Below, in pieces: positions 1 to 9,000 of a stretch of 64,000 nucleotides of DNA. Numbering within the stretch: the stretch's first letter is position 1; every line of letters starts with the position of its first letter. Source of the DNA: Candidatus Omnitrophota bacterium (GTDB lineage Bacteria; Omnitrophota; Gorgyraeia; Zapsychrales; Fredricksoniimonadaceae); assembly GCA_015233145.1 (NCBI GenBank), contig JADFYI010000003.1:39421-103420 (forward strand), in the 5' to 3' direction. The translations under genes and the position numbers were made by a program. The notes under the pieces were generated by a model. It did not search any database. It worked only from the letters and a program-made list of their open reading frames with translations, and was not told where the DNA came from.

Positions 1-2921
1 CAAAGGGCGGCATTGTTTTCGTTCAAGATGAAAAGACGGCGCGCTATTTCGGGATGCCGGAAAGCGTCATAAAGAGCGGTTCGGCGAATTTTGTTTTGGA
101 GCCAAGAGAGATTGCGAAAAAACTGGTGCGTTTGGGCGTTCATGGGCCCGGCAGCCCGTTAAAGCGAGTTGTTAAGAGTCTTAGTGAGCAAGATGAACTT
201 AAACGGATACTCGTTTTATTGCGGGATATCACGGGAGTGGATTTCATTCATTATAAGGAAGCCACGATTAGCCGTCGTATTGCCCGGCAGATGTCATTTC
301 ATAATATCGAAAACCATGCTGACTATTACAGCTATCTTAAAACAAACCCGGCTGAAGCCGAGGTCTTGCGCAAGGATATCCTTATTCCTGTTACGTCTTT
401 CTTCCGCGACCCGAAAATATTTCCGGCATTAAGAAAGAAAGTAATTTTGCTCCTTATGAATAAACGCTCATTCCAAAACCCACTACGGCTTTGGGTGCCT
501 GCGTGTTCATCCGGCGAGGAAGTTTATTCTTTGGCAATATTTCTCTATGAGTTCCTGGAAGAAAGGAAGATGCGGCCGTACATCCAGGTTTTTGGCACGG
601 ACTTGAGTGAGGCGCTTATCGAAAAAGCGCGTGCCGGTGTATACGCCCAGGATATTTCTTCGCAGGTCTCGGCCGAACGTCTGCGCCGTTTTTTTGTGAA
701 GAACGAATCGGGTTACAAGATCAGTAAACCCATACGCGATCTGTGTATATTTGCAAAGCATGATGTCACAAGGGATCCGCCGTTGTCAAACATGGACATC
801 ATCAGTTGCCGTAACCTCCTTATCTACCTTGACGCATTTTTACAAAATAAAGCCTTGTCGATGCTGCACTATGCTCTCAAGCCCAAAGGCTTTCTTGTGC
901 TGGGAACTGCAGAATCGGTCACGGCTGTGCCGGGATTTTTTACCGCTGTCGATAAGAAACAGAAGATATATTCGAAGAATATTGTGGCCCGAAGAGCGTC
1001 ACCTCTTTTGGGATCGCCACCAGCTGTGTTAACCACAACCAAAGGAAAAACCCGTAAAATGGCAAAGAATATCCCCCGACAAGGCCTGGCTAAGCCGCAG
1101 ATTATTGTTCACCCCAAGAAGGCGGCAAAACCAAAGTCAGCCGGATCCCATGAGGCAATTGTTGCAAATACCGATAAGGATATTGCGAAGTTAAGAAAAG
1201 AGTTTGCGCGGACAGTGGAACGCCTGAATGCCATCAGTGAGGAGAAAGAAACTGTTAACGAAGAGCTGAAGGCAGCGAACGAGGAGATCCAGTCCAGCAA
1301 TGAAGAATTGCAGAGCATGAATGAAGAGCTGGAGACCTCCAAAGAAGAGCTCCAGTCAACCAACGAAGAACTGCTTACGCTCAATGAGGAACTGCAGAAC
1401 AAAAACGTGGAGCTGACGCATCTTAACAGCGATCTGAGTAATGTTTTTTCCAGCACGAACATCCCGATCATCATCGTGGGCAATGATCTGCGCATCAAGC
1501 GGTTTACCCCAACGGCTAGAAAAGTGATGAATTTGATACCGACCGATGTGGATCGACCGCTTGGGGATATAAAACTTAACATTGATATCGCCAATTTGGA
1601 AGAAATGATCTTGGACGTCATCGAAGATATGGTTCCGAAGGAATCTGAAGTTAAGGATAAAGAGGGGCGATGGTATTCTGTGCGGATACGGCCTTACCGG
1701 ACCATAGATAACAAGATCGATGGCGCGATTATCGCCATGATCGACATAGATGCCATTAAATGCAGCCGGGAAGCGGCGCAGGGGGCTCTCAATTATTCCG
1801 AGGCTATTATCGAGACCATGCGGGAGCCCTTGGTGGTTCTGGATAAGGACGTTCGCGTCATTTCAGCTAATAAATCCTTTTGTGATACGTTCAGGGTCGA
1901 GGTATCCGATATAAAAAATAAGCTCCTTTATGAGCTTGGCCGCCGTCAGTGGGACAATCCCCAATTGAGGAAGTTACTTGGGGAGGTGTTGCCTAAGAAA
2001 AATCATTTTAACGACTTCGAGGTGTCTTTTGATTTTCCAGAGATAGGACCAAAGACCATGATCCTCAATGGGCGTCAGATCAAACTGCATGGTAAAGACA
2101 GTCCGCTCATCCTTTTGGTGGTCGAGGATATAACCAAGCGCAGGAAAGCCGAAGATGTTTTGAAGCGCGACAATATAACTATGGATAGAATGATTAACAA
2201 AAGATCCAAGGAATTGCTTCTCCTTCAGGAGAAGCTGGTAAGGGCTAGGCACCTGTCCGCGATCGGGACTTTATCCGCTACCGTTGCTCATGAACTGCGC
2301 AATCCTTTGGCGGATATAGCAATATCAATACACCGCATTAAAAAGATCACTCAAGATCGTGTTGTTGGAAAAATTTTAGAGGGGATGAACGAGCGAGTGT
2401 TAGAAAGCAACCAGATAATCACTAATATTTTATCCTATTCGAAGGCCGCGATAACGCACTTTCAATCTATTGAGATCAACCAGATCCTTCGGAGTTCTGT
2501 TGATGAAACGGCCAGAAATTTTCAGGCAAGACGAATAGCTATTAAGGAGAAAATACATCGCACGAAAGGTATGGGCATTGATGCGGACCCCGCTCGACTG
2601 AAAGAGGTATTTCGCAATGTCTTGCATAATGCCATCGATGCGGTACACGCGGGTACTGGTATCATAGAGATCGAGACCGTTGTCAAAAAAGGCACGGTGT
2701 CTGTTCTGATAAAAGACAATGGAGAGGGGATAGCAAGTAAGGACTTAAAGAATGTCTCCAAGCCATTTTTTACCACTAAGGTCAAAGGCACGGGCCTGGG
2801 GCTTGCGGTAAGCAAACAAGTGGTTCTTCTTCACGGCGGATCAATAACTTTTTCAAGTGTTAAAGGTAAAGGGACAGTGGTAGTAATAACATTGCCGATA
2901 CATAGGCCGAAAAATGTATAA
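1..2921 (+). CDS. 5'-truncated multidomain chemosensory protein: end of a CheB methylesterase domain, CheR-type methyltransferase, heptad coiled coil, PAS domains and a C-terminal histidine kinase (HisKA + HATPase_c)
   Basis: The window opens in frame with KGGIVFVQDEKTARYFGMPESVIKSGSANFVL, which reads as the end of a CheB methylesterase domain. A CheR-like block follows (FIHYKEATISRRIARQM...). Next comes a heptad-like repeat (EELKAANEEIQSSNEELQSMNEELETSKEELQ) and PAS-like segments. The C-terminus is a histidine kinase core (HELRNPL H-box; G-rich GTGLGLA ATP lid). There is no start codon before position 54, so the CDS continues upstream of the window. Confidence 0.8.
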   Translation, partial: KGGIVFVQDEKTARYFGMPESVIKSGSANFVLEPREIAKKLVRLGVHGPGSPLKRVVKSLSEQDELKRILVLLRDITGVDFIHYKEATISRRIARQMSFHNIENHADYYSYLKTNPAEAEVLRKDILIPVTSFFRDPKIFPALRKKVILLLMNKRSFQNPLRLWVPACSSGEEVYSLAIFLYEFLEERKMRPYIQVFGTDLSEALIEKARAGVYAQDISSQVSAERLRRFFVKNESGYKISKPIRDLCIFAKHDVTRDPPLSNMDIISCRNLLIYLDAFLQNKALSMLHYALKPKGFLVLGTAESVTAVPGFFTAVDKKQKIYSKNIVARRASPLLGSPPAVLTTTKGKTRKMAKNIPRQGLAKPQIIVHPKKAAKPKSAGSHEAIVANTDKDIAKLRKEFARTVERLNAISEEKETVNEELKAANEEIQSSNEELQSMNEELETSKEELQSTNEELLTLNEELQNKNVELTHLNSDLSNVFSSTNIPIIIVGNDLRIKRFTPTARKVMNLIPTDVDRPLGDIKLNIDIANLEEMILDVIEDMVPKESEVKDKEGRWYSVRIRPYRTIDNKIDGAIIAMIDIDAIKCSREAAQGALNYSEAIIETMREPLVVLDKDVRVISANKSFCDTFRVEVSDIKNKLLYELGRRQWDNPQLRKLLGEVLPKKNHFNDFEVSFDFPEIGPKTMILNGRQIKLHGKDSPLILLVVEDITKRRKAEDVLKRDNITMDRMINKRSKELLLLQEKLVRARHLSAIGTLSATVAHELRNPLADIAISIHRIKKITQDRVVGKILEGMNERVLESNQIITNILSYSKAAITHFQSIEINQILRSSVDETARNFQARRIAIKEKIHRTKGMGIDADPARLKEVFRNVLHNAIDAVHAGTGIIEIETVVKKGTVSVLIKDNGEGIASKDLKNVSKPFFTTKVKGTGLGLAVSKQVVLLHGGSITFSSVKGKGTVVVITLPIHRPKNV

Positions 2922-3276
2922 TAAAATCTTAATAGTAGATGATGATCCGGGTGTGTGTAATTCATTAGCCTTGCTCTTGCGGGGTGAGAAGTATTGTGTT
3001 GATAATACAACGGACAGTGGAGAAGGGGCGATCCTTATTAAAAAGAATAAATACGATCTTTGCCTTTTCGATTACAAAATGAAGGGCCTGAATGGACTAG
3101 ATTTATTGAAAATGACAAAAGAGGCAAATCCTCTGTGCTCGGTGTTTATTATCTCCGCCATGCTGAATATAGACGAGTTATGCAAGAAGGAAATAAAAGC
3201 CGGCTTGTTGGCGGGCATTATCAGCAAGCCTTTTGACGTAGAAGCGTTATTGCAAAGAATAGCTGAGGGTGCTTAA
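2914..3276 (+). CDS. stand-alone response regulator receiver (CheY-like REC) protein
   Basis: ILIVDDDPGVCNSLALLL...DYKMKGLNGLDLL..ISKPFD is a typical REC fold with the phospho-accepting Asp region. It is 120 aa with no output domain. Its start overlaps the upstream kinase stop. Confidence 0.75.
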   Translation: MYNKILIVDDDPGVCNSLALLLRGEKYCVDNTTDSGEGAILIKKNKYDLCLFDYKMKGLNGLDLLKMTKEANPLCSVFIISAMLNIDELCKKEIKAGLLAGIISKPFDVEALLQRIAEGA

Positions 3277-3423
3277 TAATCTCGATGCGCCGGCTTCGTT
3301 CTAACCAGCCAGGCATGGGATGCCGCCACTCGGGGCGCATTTTCTTTCTTTTAAAATTACATCTGGAAAAGCAAAAACCGCGTTCCATTCGGGTAGCGCG
3401 GTTTTTGCTGTTTTGGAAGGCAA

Positions 3424-3507
3424 TGGTGCGGAAGGAGGGACTTGAACCCTCACGGCTTGCGCCATAGGCTTCTGAGACCTACGTGTATGCCATTTCACCA
3501 CTTCCGC
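3424..3507 (-). tRNA. tRNA-Leu (anticodon CAG), class II with long variable arm
   Basis: The reverse complement reads GCGGAAG-TG-GTGAAATGGCATACAC...TAGGT-CTCAGAA-GCCTA...GTGAGGGTTCAAGTCCCTCCTTCCGCACCA. It has a 7 bp acceptor stem, a T-arm GGTTCAAGTCC, an encoded CCA, and an anticodon loop CTCAGAA giving CAG. The long extra arm fits Leu or Ser; the anticodon indicates Leu. The overlapping six-frame ORFs at 3285–3501 are spurious. Confidence 0.85.
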
Positions 3508-3746
3508 AAAAAAGAGAGCTTTGTGTAAGAAAGCATTTTATTCAGCGACAAAATAAACAGACGCTTTTTCGAAAATGAATTATAAAACTTGAGTAGTATA
3601 ATAATTTAATGAAAGCATGTCAATAAAAGCTACAGTAAACCAAACCGCGAAGGTTTGGTCAGGTTATTTAATTTTCTTAACCTGCGCGGTTGGTCGAAGG
3701 CGGCAGGATGCGGTGAGCCAAAGGTTGGGAAATACGAGGAGTTATT

Positions 3747-4130
3747 ATGTATAGAAAATTTATTTTAATTGTTGCGGTTTTTTTTCTTTTGTCTTTTTCT
3801 ACCAGAGCATTGTGTGAACAGCCGCCAGTGGCCAAAATAGAGCGGTCTATCGAAATCGAGCAGCATGATAAGGATGTTAAAGGATGGCTGGAAACATCAA
3901 GAATTTATTGGTTTGATAAAGTGGTCTTGATGCAGAATGGAGAGGAGTCCCCGGTTCCAGAGGCATTGGCAAAGCTTTGCGACTCTTATAAAGGCAAGTT
4001 TTCTACCCAGAAAGAACTAGATGGATTTTTTAGAGAAATAAGTGGGTTTTTTAGAGAAAAGAGCGTGGCGTTCAAAAAGCTGTCAATAGCGATAAAAAAA
4101 GAGGTTCTTTTCATAGAAATGCAACTGTAA
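3747..4130 (+). CDS. small secreted hypothetical protein (signal peptide) immediately upstream of the TpsB gene
   Basis: The N-terminal hydrophobic signal MYRKFILIVAVFFLLSFSTRALC is preceded by a GAGGAG RBS. No recognisable domain. Confidence 0.4.
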   Translation: MYRKFILIVAVFFLLSFSTRALCEQPPVAKIERSIEIEQHDKDVKGWLETSRIYWFDKVVLMQNGEESPVPEALAKLCDSYKGKFSTQKELDGFFREISGFFREKSVAFKKLSIAIKKEVLFIEMQL

Positions 4131-4197
4131 GTTCTTTATTTTCAATGGAATTTGTCTGAGAAAAAAATCTTGACAATATTCTGTTAATATTTTAAAC

Positions 4198-5931
4198 TTG
4201 CATTCTATGAAAAATACAAAAAACTATTTCCTTGTACTGTTTCTATTCATTTCCACATCAACTTTTGCATCACCGCCGCTTGTGCCTGCTAAGGATTCAG
4301 CAGGTGGTGTTCAAGCCGGTACGGCACTCCAAGAGAACGATTTAAAGCTGCGAAAAAACATTCAAGAGAAGCGTGCGCCTGTGGAAATCGACCAGGCCAG
4401 GCAGGAAGAGATCAGCAAGCTTCCTGATTCCCAAAAAGTTTTAGTGACAAAAATTGAAGTCACTGGCGCTAAACTCTTAAGTGCCAAAGACATTAATGCC
4501 ATTATTAAGCCTTTTGAAAACAAAACGTTAACCATCCGTGAAATGCAGGATGTGGCTAACCGTATTACCGATGCCTATCGCCAGAAAGGCTATATTACCT
4601 CACGCGCCATTCTGCCTCCCCAAAAAGTAGAAAATAGTATTCTTAAAATTGAAGTTATTGAAGGTAAGATGGGGGATATTACTGTTCAGGGCAATAAATA
4701 TTACAGCACATCACTTATAAAGAGGAAGATTGATTTAAAGCCTGGTGTGCCGTTTGATTATACCAAGCTTCAGAATAATTTAAGCATTATCAATCAGTAT
4801 CAGGACCGCAAAGTTAAAACCGTGCTGAAACCGGGTCAAGCTCCGGCAACAACAGACCTTGTTTTAGATGTGAAAGACAATTTGCCGATCCATGTCGGCC
4901 TTTCCTACGATAATTATGGCTCACGTTATTTAAGGCATTTTCGTTATCAGGGCACAGTGACAGATAATAATCTCCTGGGCTTTGACGATATTATGACCCT
5001 GACTTACCAGACCGCGGAAGGGCATAATACTTACAGGCTCAATTCATTGCGCTATCTTTTCCCCCTTTCCAATACTACTCAACTCGGATTTTATGCCGGG
5101 AAAACACAGCTCCGGCTTGGCAAAGAATTTGAAGATCTTAACGCGCGTGGCAAAAGCGATCTTTATAGTATATACTTGACCCACGCTCTTTTGAAAAATG
5201 ACACAACAGACCTCACTCTCAGTGAAGCCTTTGACTATCAGGACGTCTACAACTTTGAGCTTGGGCAGGAAACAAGCCGTGATCGCCTGCGTGTTGCCAG
5301 AGTAGGCCTTAAGCTTGATAAGTCTGATAATTTTAATGGACGTACCATCATTAATAATGAAATCCAGCAGGGCATCCCTCATCAATGGGGCTCTTTAAAG
5401 AGTAAAGATCCTACGGCAAGTCGTGCGAATATATCAGGCGGTTTGTTTACTAAAGATGTTTTGGATGTCTTAAGGCTTCAAAATTTACCGTTAGACTCGA
5501 CTCTTCTTTTAAAAGGTCAGGGACAGCTTGCTTCGCATGCGTTAACCGCTTCTGAGCAGTTCCAAATTGGCGGTATTTCGAATGTTCGCGGGTATCCTTC
5601 AGGAGAAGTTGTTGGCGATGATGGGATTTCATTAACAGGTGAGTGGAGTTTCCCTGTTTATTTCATCCCGAAAAATATTGACGCTCCTTTCTCAAAAGCA
5701 AAACTATATGATGCTCTCCACCTTGCAGCGTTTTATGACTGGGCCGAAGCTTATTTGCGTGTCCCTGCTGGTGAGAAAAAAGATAAGAAATTAAGCAGCT
5801 TAGGCTGCGGACTTAGGTATGACCTTCCGGAGAATTTCTCCGCTAGATTAGATGTGGCTTGGCCGCTTGACCAGTTACCGTCAGATGGCAATCACATGCA
5901 TGCCTGGGTTAAGATTTCTAAAGATTTCTAA
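4198..5931 (+). CDS. two-partner secretion outer-membrane transporter TpsB (ShlB/FhaC/HecB family) with POTRA domains and a 16-strand beta-barrel
   Basis: Signal peptide, then POTRA-like segments (KIEVTGAKLLSAKDINAIIKPFENKTLTIREMQDVANRITDAYRQKGYITSRAILPPQKVENSILKIEVIEGKMGDITVQG). A C-terminal beta-barrel ends in ...WVKISKDF. It lies directly upstream of a TPS-domain exoprotein. Confidence 0.85.
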   Translation: MHSMKNTKNYFLVLFLFISTSTFASPPLVPAKDSAGGVQAGTALQENDLKLRKNIQEKRAPVEIDQARQEEISKLPDSQKVLVTKIEVTGAKLLSAKDINAIIKPFENKTLTIREMQDVANRITDAYRQKGYITSRAILPPQKVENSILKIEVIEGKMGDITVQGNKYYSTSLIKRKIDLKPGVPFDYTKLQNNLSIINQYQDRKVKTVLKPGQAPATTDLVLDVKDNLPIHVGLSYDNYGSRYLRHFRYQGTVTDNNLLGFDDIMTLTYQTAEGHNTYRLNSLRYLFPLSNTTQLGFYAGKTQLRLGKEFEDLNARGKSDLYSIYLTHALLKNDTTDLTLSEAFDYQDVYNFELGQETSRDRLRVARVGLKLDKSDNFNGRTIINNEIQQGIPHQWGSLKSKDPTASRANISGGLFTKDVLDVLRLQNLPLDSTLLLKGQGQLASHALTASEQFQIGGISNVRGYPSGEVVGDDGISLTGEWSFPVYFIPKNIDAPFSKAKLYDALHLAAFYDWAEAYLRVPAGEKKDKKLSSLGCGLRYDLPENFSARLDVAWPLDQLPSDGNHMHAWVKISKDF

Positions 5932-6055
5932 AGTATATATAGAATTTCAAAAGCGTTAAAAAAATTACTAAAATTTCTATCCCATATGTTGACATTTATT
6001 AACATATGATGTCTTTCTGGTCGTTATCAAAACAAACTCTAATGAGGAAATAGCC

Positions 6056-9000
6056 ATGAGACGCATTGTTAAATCAAAACTTTCAATACTGTTAATAGCC
6101 GCAGTTTTCTTTAACTACACTGGCTTCAGCTATGCCGCTGACTTTCCAACAGGCGCCCAGGCTGTGTCAGGCACTCTGAGCACGAGTGTTGACGGCAATA
6201 CCATGACAGAGAATGTGTCTGATAACGCGATTATCCAATATTATGGGTTTGATGTTGGCGCAGATAAGACTCTTAATATTATGCATGATACGGCTGGCGC
6301 AGCTTCTTTGCACCGTGTTGTTGGTCCGGACGCTTCCTCTATATATGGCCGCCTGAACTCCAATGGTAAGGTATTTCTTATTAACCCTAACGGCGTTCTT
6401 TTTGCTCCAGGCTCTCACGTTGATGCGGCAGGCCTTGTGGCATCCACCATGGGGATGTCTAATGAAGACTTTTTGGCAGGGAGATATGTTTTTAATCGTA
6501 ACGGAGCCACGGGTTCTGTTGTGAATGAAGGGGATATTAAGATTTCGAATGGTGGTTATATCGCGCTTCTTGCGCCTGAGGTTCGTAATACCGGCGCTAT
6601 TGAAGCAAAGTTAGGCACAGTTGTGTTAGCGAGCGGCAACAAGGCGACATTGTCTTTGGACGATAATGGCGATATTTCCGTGGTTGTAGACGAGGCCTTA
6701 TCTGAAAGCTTAACCGGCCAGACCACAGGGGTGAAGAATACAGGAACAATTAACGCAGATGGCGGAAAAGTCATTCTAACAGCCAAGGCCCTTAATGGCG
6801 TTCTTGATCGTGCCATTAATAATGAAGGCGTGGTCCAGGCGAATAATTTAGTTGAGAAGGACGGCTCTATTGAGCTTGTGGCTGATGGCGGCGCTATTCA
6901 AAATAGTGGCACAATTCAGGCGACAGGTTCAGTCAGGGTGAGCAATCCTAACGGCGATGTCAATAACAGCGGAACGATCTCTGCCAATGGTGCTAACGGC
7001 GGTATTGTTGATGTTGTTGCCAAGAATATTACGAATTTTGGAAAAATTACAGCCAATGCGTTTGAAGGCGGGGCTGCGGGTCTTGTTAATTTGGTTGCTG
7101 CGAGCTTTACTGTGCTCAAGGCAGGATCTTCTGTTGAGGCCAAAGCCACAGGGCTTAATGGCAAGGGCGGCAGCGTGACTGTAAAATCCAACGACACAAC
7201 TATTGTGGAAGAGGGTGCGGTTATTGATGTGTCTGGTGGCTTGGCTTCTGGCGATGCCGGTTCAGTTGAAGTCAGCGCCAACAATGAACTTGGGTTTTAT
7301 GGCGATATTTATGGAAGCGCTGCTGACGGGTATAAAAAGGGTTCAGTGCTTTTTGATCCCAATAATATTATTATTAATGATTCTTTTGATGCCACAATTT
7401 TTGGCACACAATTTATTAAGGCGTCTTCCATTCAGTTCATGTCTAACTTTGGCATTACGCTTACTTTTACCGCAACCAATGATATTGACATGCTGGTTAA
7501 CCTTTTGGGGCTCAATAGCGCGATTGCGTTTTTTGCAGGGCATAACATTTCCCTCGGCACTTTATTGGGCGGCGGTGTGGTAGTGTCGTCTAATGGGCAT
7601 TTGGTTGCTTTTGTTGCTGATAGTGATAACAATGGTAACGGCCGGTTTAGTATGGCTGCAGGGTCGCAAATTCTTTCTAACGGTGGAGACATTGATATCA
7701 TCAGCGCCCAGTCGGTCCAGGTGCGTGAGATTAATGCCGGATCCGGTAATGTTTCAATTACCGCTAAAAATAGTAACGCGAATATTATTGCCGACAGCGA
7801 TTCATCTACCAGAGTGAGAGGCAAAACCGCAACTTTGATTGCAGGTAACAATATTGGCGCATCTGGCGCTGGCATTGCTACAAGCGTTGATATTTTAAAA
7901 GCGTTAGCTAACAACGGTTCAGTTAATGCCAGAAACAACAAAAGCTTTTTTACTGATACTATTGCCAACAATGATGTGAATTTAACGGCAGAGACAGGCA
8001 GTATACTCGTTGATTTTATTAAAGCAGGTGATAGCGTAACACTTCAAGCGGATGACTCAATCATCGGATTATATAATCATTCTTTGGATGTCGACACAAA
8101 GAATCTTTATGCCTATACCAATAATGGGGCGATTAATGGTAATTATTATTTTCCGGCACCTGACAATTCAGGCGTTGGATTCTTAACTACAAATGCTGGT
8201 TATGTTGATGCAGAGGCGGCCAATGGCGTTGCCATTGCAGATATAGGCTCCTTTGAACTTTATGCCACTTCGTCAAATTATGGAGTCTTGGCAGTTGCAG
8301 GCGGAGACATGACAGTTGATTATATTTCAGCCCCTCTTGTTGGCTTGGCTGCGGGCGGATCTATCGGAAGCGCCTCTAATGCGGCTAATTTAAGCACCGA
8401 TGATGCGTACCTTTTTGCATCGGATATTTATGCCAAGAATGATAAGTCTATGTTTTTAACAGCAGATGCCACCAATACTTTGGATGTCAAAACCACTGCT
8501 GGTGATCTTAAATTAAAGACAGTGGCTGCGAATACTGCAACACTGACAGCGGCAAACGCCATTACTGATGCTAATGGCAGTGCCAATAACATCACAGCCA
8601 CGAATTTGACAATGAATGCCGCGGCTGGTATTGGTTCTGGCGATGCCCTTGAGACAAAGGTTTCAAACTTAAAAGTCACAAACACCGACAGCGGAGACAT
8701 TCAGGTGTCGAATGACGGTGGCTTGGTACTTACCAATTTTGGCACAGGCAATGCCGTGACCAATAATGGCGGTTCTGTGGATATTTCAGCCCACTCACCG
8801 TTGACTGTGAATAGCGCGGTTGTGGCCTCTGGCAATATCACATTAACTGCGGCAAATGAAGCTCATAGCGCAGATAACCTGACTGTGAATGCAGACATTA
8901 CAAGCACAGGCAACGGGTTAATCGATCTTAACGCGGGTGACAATTTCGTCCAGAATTCCGGAACAATTTCCACTGGCGCAGATGTGGATGTTTCTGCCGG

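Noticed and set aside
1109-1621. 170 aa minus-strand ORF, and similar antisense ORFs at 7432–7971, 10778–11275, 39800–40378, 40210–40893, 44365–44781, 51601–52611 and 63332–63850
   Set aside because: All lie entirely within well-supported + strand genes. They are Ser/Leu/Pro-rich antisense translations with no motifs.
3285-3501. Two small ORFs (60 and 66 aa) overlapping each other
   Set aside because: The region encodes tRNA-Leu(CAG) on the minus strand plus a terminator hairpin. The ORFs are artefacts.
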